From: Lama glama
Lineage: Eukaryota
NCBI GenBank assembly: GCA_028534125.1
Contig: CM052821.1
Location: 55,490,001-55,554,000 of the forward strand
Reading direction: 5' to 3'
DNA: 64,000 nt
Shown one piece after another: positions 1 through 12,100 of this stretch. The first letter of the stretch is position 1. Every line of letters starts with the position of its first letter. Under the pieces are notes generated by a model. It was not told the DNA's origin. It searched no databases and was given only the letters and a program-made list of their open reading frames with translations. A program made the position numbers and the translations under genes.

Positions 1-810
1 GCTCTTCCCGTTCTGATAAACCCTCACGAGTCTCTTCTTCTGTGTGGCATCCCAGCCAGCAGCCTGGTAGATGAGGCCACCGAAGTCCCCACTGCCCCTT
101 CGGTCCCCTCCGGCCCCACACCACCTTTGTCCAGGCCCTCTGCGGTCTGAGTGGACAGCTCTCTCCAGCTTGGGGCAGCCCAGCCAGAGCCGGCTTCTCT
201 GTGAAGAGGCCGAGTGTCACTGTCCTTCTTGACATTTGTAACCCCGCAGCTGAGGGTTCCAGGAGAGGAACACGCAGGCCAGGACCAGGAAGTAGGAGCT
301 GCAGGTCCGAGGAGCGTGGAGGGGCCGCTCCCCTGCTTTCAGGGTGGGGAGGTTAGGGTTTAGGAACCTTCTGGAAGCTGAGACCTGAAGGAGGAGGGGT
401 GCAGGGAAAGCAAGTTCCGGGCAAGGCCTCCTCCTGCCTGGTCGACATCCTGGTGCCCATCTGGGTGGGCACGCATGTGGGGACCCCGTTCACGGCGGGG
501 CACACACACATGCATCACACACACACAGGCTGGGAGTGGAACATGGTGACTATGTTTACACAAACCTCTGTTTTGTTTTTTAAGAAAATTCTGGGAAAAT
601 CACCTTGGTTTAAGCTTACTTACTTGTTAAGGTGAAGGTCGTCTCCAGTTAATGGGTTCAAAAGCACCATGGAGACATTGCCCTTTGACCTCCACCAGCC
701 TGTGGTCTGGTCTTGCCCGGAGCCCTGTCCTGGGGTTTGCTCGCAGAGGGCACCTCCTATGGCTCCTGTGCCCTCCTGGCCACATCGTGGCCTTGGCCAG
801 GGGCGCAAAG

Positions 811-985
811 TGTGACTGTCCCGTGCGCCCAGCCCACTCCCCCCCAACACGGGCCCCTGGCATCACGCTCCGTGTCGATCTCCGGTGTCTGCCCGTGTGT
901 GACCGTCCCGTGCGCCCAGCCCGCTCCCGCACTCGACACGGGCCCCTGGCATCGCGCTCTACGTGTCGGGCTCCAGCGTCTGCCC
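811..985 (+). repeat. Two-copy ~87-bp tandem duplication
   Basis: tgtgac(t/c)gtcccgtgcgcccagccc...acacgggcccctggcatc...gtctgccc starts at 811 and again at 898. Confidence 0.9.
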
Positions 986-1954
986 TGAGGCCTCGGGTCC
1001 TTGCCGGCAGGAAAACTAGACTTTAGTAAAGTGGTTCCTGACGCTCCACTCCAGATTGTGCGGCTGGTGGTTGGACAGCAGCGTAGGTGGCTCAGAGACG
1101 TCATGGAAGGCCCCCAGCTGTCAGGGATGCAAGGGCCCTTTTCTTGTGGCGTTGTGTTGCTCCAAGGCCACCGGCTCACGTCTGCTCACCCTGGTCACCT
1201 GGAGCTGCGGGCCGGCCCCCTGCTGGGAGCGTTTGGGCTGCTGCAGGCCGTCTGCCTGTCCTCCTTTTAACTTGTAAAGCATTCACTGCTGCAGCTCTGT
1301 GCTCAGTCGGCTTCCTAAGAGGCAGTCGAGATTCCACACCTGGCGTGACCGGAGGGAGGTGAAGTCCCTGCCCCTGGGAGCACCTGCACCCGAGTCTCCA
1401 GGCATCTTTCTCCGAAGGCAGCTTGCAGCCCATGAGTACCTGAACACCTGCTCGTCTCTGGCAGGTGATGGGCTGGAACGATCACACAGCCTTTGTGCAG
1501 GATCAGCGTCATCAGGTGCCAGCCCAGCAGTAAACAGTAACACGCAGGACGCTCCAGGCAGCCCCAGCCTGCCTGTGGCTTAGCGAGCTGGTGTCCTCCA
1601 GGCCTGCGAGCCCTCAGTCACACGCCTGGGCCTGGGCCTGGGCCTGGGCGGGAGCCTGTTGTTGGTGCTTCCTGGGTGAGCCGCCTCTTCTGGGAATGTC
1701 CTGGTGCAGAGGCCTGGACGCCTGCCCAGGAACGGGGGGCACCCAGCCAGGGCACGGGAGTTGCCGGCATGCCCAGCTCCCCTCCTGTTCCTGAAATATC
1801 CTCACTGGTCAGCAGCTCTGGACGTGGACGGTCGCCTGGGCAGCCTGGCCACGGGGGGCAGGGGGTGTAGAGGCCCAGTGGCCTCCTCCTTGACTGTGGC
1901 TCCTTTCTCTGGGACCCCTCCCGGTCCACTGCTTCAGGAGGCTGTCAGACCTGA

Positions 1955-2085
1955 GGGGAGGGTTTAGCTTAAGTGGTTGAGTGCATGCTTAGCACATGTG
2001 AGGTCCTGGGCTCAATCCCCAGTACCTCCTCTAAGAATAAATGTAAGGAAACCTAATTACCTACGCCCACCAAAAAAAAAAAAAA
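1955..2085 (+). mobile_element. tRNA-derived SINE (camelid Vic-1-like)
   Basis: ggggagggtttagcttaagtgg (A box)...gaggtcctgggctcaatccccagtacctcc (B box)...aaacctaattacc...A14 tail. Confidence 0.85.
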
Positions 2086-3082
2086 GAGGCTGCCGGCCTC
2101 ACCCCCTGCCTGCCCTGCTCTGTCCTCTGTGCCTCCTGCACTAACACGACATGGCGGTGATGGGTTCCAGTTGCGGGTCACAAGCCCACGGACTGGGTGG
2201 GTTCACGGAGATGCTGGAGTGAAATCACGCTGTGTACACAAAACAGAATGCTGAAGGTGTGCACGTGGGGAGGGCCCCCCAGCCACGCTGTCTCTGCCCT
2301 GGGGGAGTCCTCTGTGCCCCCCAGCCCCCATGAAGGTTTGCCTGGGGTGCCGCTTTTCCCACGTTCTGGGGTCTGCTGGATGGGGGGCCGCGGGAGCAGT
2401 GTGGTGTATCAGCAGCCCAGGCCAGTGCCGGGCGAGGAGGGCAGGCGGACTGGCCAGTCAGTGACGGAGCACTGCCCAACGTATGGGGCCAGGCCTTTGG
2501 CTGGGGGCCAGTCTGTCAGGGCCTGTGGCTGGAAATCAGGCCCACTGTCAGCATCCAGCAGGTGGACAGGAATTCCAGGGAGGGCTCCGAGGCCAGGCGA
2601 GTCCTGTGGTCGGGGACGGCTGGGCTGCAGGGCAGGGAGCCGGGCAGGTGGCTGGCGTGGACCGAGCTGGGCCGTGTGTGCAGGGGGCGGGGGTCACTCA
2701 GCCTGCGGCTTTGCATGGTGCTTGCTGAATATGCGTGTTGATAAATCTTTTCCACTGGCAGGCTAGTTAATTAGTACAAGAGCTAGTTGTTCCGAGCTGA
2801 GTAATAAGTAAAGACCCAAATGTGCTAAAAGTAACAGGAAAGAAAAGAGTTGTGTGCTTGAGACGCTGTTCATTTGGTCGGCAAGAACCAGCAGGCGCGC
2901 CCGTTAGGCGTGCAGCTCTGCGCCTGCCCTCGCAGCCGGCGTCTGAGCCGTCAGGAGCCCAGAGGGCTCCCGGTGGGTTGGAACAGGCACCGCTGTGTGC
3001 AGCACAGCTCCCGTGAGAGCCTTGCAAAGCCCAACACACCTTGAACTGACAGAAGTCTTGCTTCTTGTCTCCCCTCTTTAAG

Positions 3083-3144
3083 AACCGAGGAGCCGCCAGC
3101 TCAGCAGCCCGTGAGAGGCCAGGCCCAGGTCAATAACGGAGCAG
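3083..3144 (+). CDS. GRAMD4: GRAMD4 exon (62 nt): (R)TEEPPAQQPVRGQAQVNNGA
   Basis: ctttaag|A acceptor, GCAG|gtaggc donor; resembles human RTEEQMAQQPPKGQAQASNGA. Confidence 0.9.
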
Positions 3145-6100
3145 GTAGGCCTGCAGGCAGCGGGTGGGTGGGCTCTGTCCCCGGGTGCCCCTGCTCACCT
3201 CCGGGGACCTCCTCCCTTGGGGACTGGGTTCGTGTCTCTAATTACGAGTTGGGGGGTCTTCATAGCAGATGCAAGTTGTTCAAGCAAAACACAACACTTT
3301 TTTCGTGAAAGTGCGAGGCAGCACCGGCCCGGCCCTTCCCCAAAGACAAGTCAGGTCGGGGTCACACTGGCTGCTTGGCCCCAGCCTGCTTGCCTGTTTC
3401 CAAAGGCTGGTTGTCCCAACAAGGGGGTGAGTGGGCAGTGGGGGTGCCCCAGCCCCCCAGTCGGAACCCAGAACCCCTTTCCGGGTCTTGTCTTCCCGCC
3501 CCAAGCTCGCGCCCTGTCTCACCCCACACTCTGCACGTTCTGAAGTTGTCATTCAGAGGGTGGCGTGGGAGCAGACCGGGCTTCCATCCAGCTCTCGGGG
3601 GACCTGGTCCACGGTGGGCCCTGGGCCGCGTGGCCTCGCACTAGGGCCCCTGCAGGCTGATTGTGGGCGGGAAGCCCCCTGCCTGGGCCAGGGCTCAGAA
3701 AGCTACAGCAGAAGGGCCTTCGGTTAAACCCTGCCTGGCTGAAGATGTGGAACCCAGGTCCCGGAGGGAAGGCCTCTCCCAGGGTGACCCGCCATGGGGA
3801 GGCTGAGCTGGAACCAGAGCCGGATGCTCGCCCCGTTCCCGCCCAGTTCAGGGCCTTACTGCACCTGCCTTCCGGAGAGGAAGATGCCCTTCCTGGGGCC
3901 CCAGAGCTGGACATGCCACGGGCCAGGTTGTGTGCAGGATTGGCTGCTGCATCCAGTGGGGCAGAGTCCTCTCAGGTTCCCAGGGTTCATGATCACTGGC
4001 CCAGGTTCCAAGCCAGGAGCAGCACAAGGGAGCCCCCAGGACCCCTGCTATGGGTGGCAATTAGTGAGCATCCTGCACTTGTGGGAAGTGTCAGAGGAGA
4101 GTCTTTCCACCCCAACCCCTTGGGTCCCCACAGCCACCTGCTCTGAGGGCCAGTCCTTAAGCTGAGGTCCATTCTGATAGCTGTGGTCACTGCGAAGCGG
4201 GCTCTGTGTGGGAGGCAGGGGGTGTGGTGAAGGGAGGGAAGGACCCAGCAAGTACAGCCCTGAGGATGTGGAGGTGGGGACGGGGGTCTGCGTGGTCCCG
4301 GGACGGGGCAGGGCTCAGGAGCGCCGTGAGACCTGTCCACTTGGGCAGTGCACCTGGCCCCGACCCGGGGTTGGCAAACCACAGCTCCGCATCTGGTTTT
4401 ACATTTTTAAAATGCTTTTAAATCCTTTTAAACGGTTGGGAAAAAAGCAAAAGAATCTTTGACAATTGAATGTTACACGAATGTCAGGTTTCAGCATTGT
4501 GAGTTGGGTTTCACGGGAGTGCAGCCGGGCCCGTCCACTGTCCACGGCTGCTCTCCAGGCCCTTGCAGTGCCGGCCCCTGCGTGGACTCTCACCCTAAAA
4601 ACCCTGGCACGCGCCAGGCGGGCGGGGTGTGGGACCCCCCAGCCCTCCCCACCCGTCATCTTCTAAGCCTGAGTGGCCTCTGGGCATTTCTGAGCCTCAT
4701 GGCCTCTGTGAGTGCAAACCCTGGTCCCTTGGTGCCAGCAGCACGTGACCACCTTCACGCCACTCCCTCTGGTTGTGGTCAGACAGCGCCCCCTGCAGGT
4801 GACTCCGCCACCTGCCCTCTGCAGAGACAGACTTGTTCCTTGGGATTTGGGCTGGTTTTCTTGAGTCTGATGTGGGTGGCTTTCCAAAGGCCTTGGCCAT
4901 GAGTAAGCAGAGACCGCTTCACTCACGGGAGCCCCCACCAGGACACAGCCCTCGACACACAGGCCCACTGGCTGTCCCCCAGGGACACCTGGCCACTCCC
5001 CAGACAAACCAGTGTGCCCAGTTAGACATGGGGGGAGGCTGACACAGACCCCACGATGGGCTGAGAGCCTGCCTGGACGGCGCCTGTGCTGGGGACGGCC
5101 TCCAGTAAGCCGGGGGCCGGTGTGAGAAACACGGGGAGCCCTGGGGTCTGCGTTGGTTGGTTTGCACCTTGTAGTGAGGTGGGCCAGGCTGTTTTCAGGG
5201 GCCCGAGCCCTTCAGAGGCCTGGCACGGACGGGTCCTCACCCAGCTCCCGGGGAGCCCTGGCGCACAGCGGCCCTGACCCACCCCGCACGCACCCCCACA
5301 CCTGCCCCTGCCTTCTGAGGCCCCCTCAGCCCACCGCCCTCACCGAGACCCCCGCCTCGTCCCACAGACCGGCGGGGCCAGGGGCTGTGCCCCCGCGTGC
5401 AGAAGTGGTTCTGTGAGAGGTTCGGGGAGTATGTGGAGGACTTCCGGTTCCAGCCCGAGGAGAGCACGGTGGAGGCGGACGAGCCCCTCAGCGCCCGGAG
5501 GTGAGACCCTCGTGGGACTGGGTGGGGGCGCCCGGGGCAGGGAGCCCGGGGCCGGTGGGCCTGGTCCCTGCACCGAGGCTTGAGAGCCAGGCCGGGTCTC
5601 GGTACAGCAGCAGAGTGGGACGGCTGTCGGGGCGCCCTGGGCCAGCCGTGCGGCCGCCCTGGCAGGAAGGGCCTCTCCGGGGCCAGCAAGCTAGGCTGGC
5701 AGGTTTCACAGGGGCAGCCGCACAGCCGTGTCCCCTACTCAGGGTTCGGACTTGTGCTTTCGTGGGGTGGTGGGCTCACAGCGAGGGCCCACTCCCTGGG
5801 CCTCGCTCGTGGGGACGCACACCCGCTGGGTGAACCTCGGGCCCTAGGGACTCTGAGAGCCCCCTGCAGGCCTGGCCCTCCTCTCAGACACGGGCAGGGG
5901 CATGTGGGCAGGAGACGAGGGACCTGCCTCAACCGAGGGAGCAGCAGTGGGGTCCCGGGTCAGCTCGGGCTCCCCTGGTGCTGTGGGGCCAGCGACGCCG
6001 CTCCAGTTGAGTCAGGGCTGGCGCTCACCTCTCCCTCTCTCCTAGGCTGACCGAGAACATGAGGAGGCTCAGTAAGTACCTGTGTGTCTCCGTGGGGCCG

Positions 6101-9100
6101 TGCAGTCCTTGGGGCTAAGCTGCCTGTGGGTGTGGGTGGCCTGAGGAGTGACTGCGGTCTTGTGCGGACCTGGACTGCCCTCCAAAGAGACATTTGTCAG
6201 GAATTCCCACCCAGCCTTCTCCCTAAGGCCTACCCCATCTGTCCATCTGCCCCGGCCCACAGTTAGAAGCAGGTTCCCTCCAGGTCTGGAAGCCCTGGTG
6301 AAAAGTAGTTCTTCTCCAGACACTTGCCAGGCCCATGGCATGTGAACAAAGCCCCCAGCCCCGCTGTTCCCGCCTAGGGGCACTGGCGGGCCGCAGATGG
6401 CATCTCCCCGTGGGGGCGAAAGACAGCAGGCAGCACCGGCATGGCCTGGGGTTGGGGCACCAGGGGCCTGCGACGGCTCGGGTTTGCTCTGCTCGTTTTG
6501 GTTCTGCATCCCCCCCGTCAACTGGTGCAGCCAGTGGGGCTGGCCGGGTGTGTCCGAGGGCCGGGCGAGCCCTGGCCTGACTGCTCTGTCCTGTCCCCAG
6601 AGCGCGGTGCCAGGCCTGTCACCAGCTTTGTGAAGAACCTCTCTGCCTTATCCGACTGGTATTCCGTCTACACGTCGGCCATTGCCTTCACCGTGAGTGC
6701 TCCCCGCGGGGTGGGTGCCCTCCCCGCGGTTTCCCGGGGCCCAGCCTGGCTGTGTGGGCCAGCGCTCAGCATCCCCACCTGTGCGGTGGGTGTGCCAATG
6801 CCACCCAGCCTCAGGGCTGGCCGGGAGTCTCCCTGCCTGCCCAGAGACAGCCCCACCGCAGCGTCCTCAGGAGAGGGCCCTGTGGGGCTTGCGGCTGGCT
6901 TTCCCCGGTGGGCTGGGGAGAGGGCTGTGGGGAGGCTTGTCTGCCTGTGTGGAAACCAGGGGTCCCTCCCATCAGGCACCAGGGGCTGGGGGTGGCTCCT
7001 GCCACTGGCCTAGGGACCAAGCTGGCCTCTGTGAAGCCACCAGTCGTGGGGAAGGTAGGAGGTGTCGGGCCAGCATCCCGGGGGTACTTCGGGGAAAACA
7101 GGCCCTGCCGCCCAGCCTGAGTTGTCCTGCTCCCAGTGGCTGCTCCCAGCCCCGTGCAGGGAGACCCTGCCGTCCAGTGGGAGGAGGATGTAGGCTGCCT
7201 ACTGGCCTGCTGGGCCCTGAGGCCAGAGAGGGACAGCCGCCACGTCGAAAGGCCCCATCTCTACAGAGACCGCTGCCCCCAGGTGGCCTCAGCCAGGGAG
7301 GGTTCTGAGGACCACCCTGAAGCCCCAGGGGCCCACCATCCATGGGAGAGATAAGCATTGCTCACCCTCACAGAGGACAGGCCTTGCTCGCAGGGGCCAG
7401 CCCCCTTCACTGGGAGGTCACCTTCCACCACCCTTCACAAGCACTTTGCTGCTTCCGGTCCCCAGATCCTTACTTCCACCTGTGTTTCGTGGCTGGGGCA
7501 GCCCTACCCATTCAGACCCCCTGCCGGGCCTCCGCCTGAACCCACTGCTTCCATCCCCTGCCCGCACAGGCAGCCTGGAGGCCTGGTGCAGGGTAGGATG
7601 TTGGGGTGCTGGCTCCATGATGCCTTGAGCTCCCGCAGGTGTGGCCCCACCGACCTTCTGGGGTCAGCTCTCCACCCTTGCTCACGGAGGCGGCCCGCCC
7701 TGCCCTGCCAGCAGCTGCCCCACCCCGCCTCCTCCCCAGCTGGGTTCCATCTCCACTGGCAGCTATTAGGGAGGAAGCAGCCCTTCTCTGGTTTCTCTGG
7801 GGTGCAGGGTTCTTGGGCCTCAGGAGAGCTTCTGGGCTTGGTCTCCCCGCCTCCTCCGAGCCTACACCCGGTGGGGAGGGAGGGGTCTGGCCCACCCTGA
7901 GCCACACTGTCAGGTCGCTGACATCTCCCACCCGCTTCCTCTCCGAACCTGCAGGTGTACATGAATGCCGTGTGGCACGGCTGGGCCATCCCCATGTTCC
8001 TGTTTCTGGCGATTCTGAGGCTGTCCCTCAATTACCTCATAGCCAGGTGGGTGCTGTACGTGCTGGCTGTGCCGTCTCCCCACTTCACACACATGCGGCT
8101 CGGGCCATCGTCCTGGGTGGCTGTCCTCTTGCAGGCTCCTGAACCCCCAGCAGGATGGTCCACTGGGGCCGGCAGCTCTGACCTGCAGGTCCTGGCTGCA
8201 GGGTCATGCCAGCTCCCCCCACCATGTGCTGCTTTAGGGCAGGAAAGGTCCCCCCAGACCTCGGCAGTGACCTCCCAGTGTCGGGTTGCTGGAGCTGCGG
8301 TGGCTCTGAGCCCGGGAAGTCCCACTGGTGAGGGTGCAGGTGGCAGCAGGGCGGGGGCTCCGAGGGGCTAGTCAGGGGTCCCCAAGCCCAGGGTCAGGCT
8401 CTGCCTTTCCTTTGTGCTCTCCGAGCACCCTCTTTCCACCTCGAGGCTGGGGGCTCTGTTGGAAGCCAGCAGGCTGGGGTGGGAACCCCTTGTCCCCAGG
8501 CCCCTGGGTCTGTGTGGACCTGAGGGCGCCCCACGGGGGGAAGCCTCAAGCTCCCACCAGAACTCAGAGGCGGCCCCACCTGCCTCTGCTCAGCCTCCGG
8601 AAGTCAGGCTCACACGCCCACTCTCCTCCGTGCTCCTCTCTGCCCGCTTAGGTTGGTTCACTTGGAAACGTTTTCTGTAGAAAAGAAAACCTTTAAAGGC
8701 TTGCGAAGGGTCCTCCGGGCCCCGACTAGACATGCTTCACCGAAGTCCTCACCGCTGCAGCTTTGCTGACTTACTCTGAGAGGCCCAACCCCTCTGGGTA
8801 CTTGAAGTCTGTCTCCCACCGAGGAGGGCCCCCGAGAGAGCGGCCGGTGGGGGTGACCGGGACCGTCTGCTCTCAAGGCCCAGGAGGGGCCCAGGCAGTC
8901 TCTGCAGGCGGCTGGGTGTTTCTGAAGCCCCTGTCCCCACGGCCGGCCAGCACTCCCCGGGGTGCCTCCCCTTGGGGAGCACAGGGTGGGTGATTTGATA
9001 TTCTCTCTCTGACTCCATCACCTGCGGACTACGCTGTGTTGAAGGCCTGCTGTCTCTGTTTTCCAGGGGCTGGAGGATACAGTGGAGCATCGTGCCTGAA

Positions 9101-12100
9101 GTGTCTGAAGTGGTGGTGAGTCCCGGGAGGGGCGCCGTCTGCAGGCCTCAGGCCTTTGCCCGCCAGCCCTGTTCGGAAGGCCGCTGATTCCCAAGGCCTC
9201 CCGATGCAGCTGCGTGGACGCCCTCGGGGAGCCCTGCCTGGCGAGGAGAGGTTGGGGAGGAGGAGGCCAGCTGCCCCCAGCCTGGAGCCCCATGCAGCTG
9301 CACCCTGACCCCTCGCCAGCTGATGCCCGAGTGCCCCTCACTGGCCTGGGCTTGGCCTGACCCGACCCTCCTCAGCTGGGATGTGACGTAAGGTGGGGAG
9401 GCAGCGAGGGGGCCACCTCAGCCCCTCACAGACTCCTGTGTGGGGAGGTGAACCAGGGGCTGGACCAGTGGATGTGTGCAGCAGGGGTCAGCAGGCTACC
9501 TGTGGCCTGCTGCCTGATCTTGTAGATAACGTTTTATTGGCACACACTGTGCCCGTTCATTTACACCTGGCAGCCATGCTGAGTTGCTGAGACACTGTCA
9601 GGCCTGCAGAGGCGTGTGTGCTGGCTGCGGGCCCGTGACAGAGAAGTTGGCCCAGGGGCAGAGCCGCTGGGTGTGGCCAGGAGCGAGGCCATGGTGCCTC
9701 TGTGACCCGTGTCAGGTGTTTGAGTACCTACTGTGCGCACGGAACGTGCAGCAGGGGTGGGGGATGTCGGTGGTGCTGCAGGGGCCCCTTCAGGCAGGCC
9801 CTGGGGAGGGCGTCTCGGGGGAAAGAAGCCCGAGCCCGTTTGCGCCTGGTCCCTGGTGTGAGCTCAGGCAAGCAGGGCGAGGTCAGGCCCCTTCCTGCTG
9901 CGGCTTCAGTTTCTCTGCTGCAACGTGAGACGTGGGGGGCTGCGGGGTCCCAGGTGCACCTCTGATCTGTCTAAACGTGAATCGGAGCTTCAGCGCTGCC
10001 TGCGGGGGGCACCCGAGGGGTGCTGCTGGAGCAGCTGCCTGTGCTGTCCGCTGGGCCTGCAGGGATGGCCGTCCCACTGGCTGCGTCTGAGCAGCCGAGA
10101 CCCTGGTGCTGGGGCTGGGAGGCCTCCTTGCTGTTTTTGTCAGTAATTTCTCTGACCTGTTGAATTTCAGTGGAAATTCTCTTTCCCCTTTGACTGAAGG
10201 AGCCTCCAAAGGAAGACCTGACCGTGTCCGAGAAGTTTCAGCTCGTGCTGGACGTCGCCCAGAAAGCCCAGGTACTGCTGCGGGCTCTGGCCGGGCGCCT
10301 CCGGGTGAGCCTGTCCGGTGGGGGGACCCAGCACCCCGGAACTCCAGGCCCGGCTCGTCCACTGTCAGCTCAGCAGTCACCCTGTCCACTGGTCCCTCGC
10401 TGGCACCCGAGACAACCTGGTTGGTGGAGAGGGTCCCCCTGGCTTCGCGTGACGGCCAGCACCCCAGTTGGTGGAGCCCCTCCCGACCAGAGTCAGACAG
10501 GCTCCCAAGAGAGTGTGGGCCCGGGGCCCCCGTGGTGATCAGCCTGTTAATCTGAGATTCAGACCAGACCGGTCATCAGCCCTCAGGCTGAAGCAGCTGG
10601 GTGGGGCCACAGGGCTCTGGGCACCGGCTGTGGTCTCCCGGGTGCTGTGCATCCCCCCAGCATTGCCGTGTGGCCCTGGGGGTCTGTCGTGACCACAGCT
10701 GCTTCTCCCACAGAACCTCTTTGGCAAGATGGCCGACATCCTGGAGAAGATCAAGAAGTAAGTGGTCACTCCGGCCCTCCCGCCACGTCTGGGGTGCGGC
10801 CCCGCCCGGCTGACCGGCCCTCTCCCTTGCAGCCTGTTCATGTGGGTCCAGCCCGAGATCACGCAGAAGCTGTACGTCGCGCTGTGGGCCGCCTTCCTCG
10901 CCTCCTGCTTCTTCCCCTACCGCCTGGTGGGGCTGGCCGTGGGTAAGGAGATGCCCGCCTGGCCAGAGCTGCCGCCCCATGGTGCGGCCCAGGGCCCAGG
11001 CGCCTGCCGCTCCCGCACGCCTGCCCCAGGCCTTGGCCCCCAGGAAGGAGGCATTCCTCCCTCCGTGCCTCTTCCAGGGGCTTTTTATCAAAATGTCTAA
11101 ATTTGGGAGAAACAAAGGCCACGGCGTGTGGAGGCGCTGCTACGGTTTCTTAGGTCAAACTTGTTTTCTGCCGGCTGAGGGGGAGGGGCTGGTGGACCCG
11201 AGGCCCTGGGTGGGTGCCACGGTCACCTCTGAGCACTCGGGGGCTCGTGGGCTCTCAGAGGACGGGCGTCAGAGACGTGAGGGGTCAGGCGTGAAGGCAG
11301 GAGAGACCTGGGGTGGGAGATGGCATTGGGGGGGGCCTGCAGCATGAGGAGCCTCAAAGTGTGTGCCAGGTGTGGGGGGCTCGAGGGGTCAGGGACAGTC
11401 GCGGGCCAGGGCAGAGGGCGTGTGTGGTGGGCCCTGGGGGTGGGCGGGTCCCGGGGGTTTAGGAAGCGGAGCCGGCAGGGTTTGTGGTGGATGGGGCGGG
11501 GGGAGGATCCGGGTCTGGGTTTGCCCTGAGCTGCTGGGCAGGTGGTACGGCTGCTGCTCAGCGTCACCAGGGAGGTGGGAGGAGCACTCGGGGGAACGGC
11601 ACCTCGTTCTGCCCCTCCAGGACTCTACGCTGGAGTCAAGTTTTTCCTCATCGATTTCATCTTCAAGCGCTGCCCAAGGCTGCGGGCCAAGTACGACACC
11701 CCCTACATTATCTGGAAGAGCCTCCCCACCGACCCCCAGCTCAAGGAGCGCTCCAGCGCCGCCGTGTCGCGCAGGGTAGGCCCCGCGCGGGCGGGGAGGG
11801 ACCAGGCCCAGCCCCGCCCCCTCGCACCCGGCCCGCAAGGGTGCTGGGGTCTCCCGATTCTGTGGGACCCTTGAGACGGATGACTGTGGGGCTCTGCTGC
11901 TCCCAAGATCCCTGACGGACGTCCGGGGGCCCAGCCACCTGAAGGCCCCTCAGGGACCCGCCCACAGACTGGCTGGGGAGTAGCTCCTGCTGAGCCAGGC
12001 TGACCCCAGGCCAAAGGCAGGAGGGGGAGGGGCATTGGCCTTGACTGTCAAGGACCTGGGGGCCTTGGGACCAGGGAGCCCTGGGAGTGACCACTCTGTG

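Noticed and set aside
1955-2030. tRNA gene-like sequence (also at 25857)
   Set aside because: This is a SINE head: it is followed by a SINE-specific tail and poly(A), occurs in several diverged copies, and lacks a complete cloverleaf acceptor stem.
10171-10199. Upstream AG (tgaatttcag) as an alternative GRAMD4 acceptor
   Set aside because: It adds 29 nt, shifts the frame and lies upstream of the real pyrimidine tract; there is no support.
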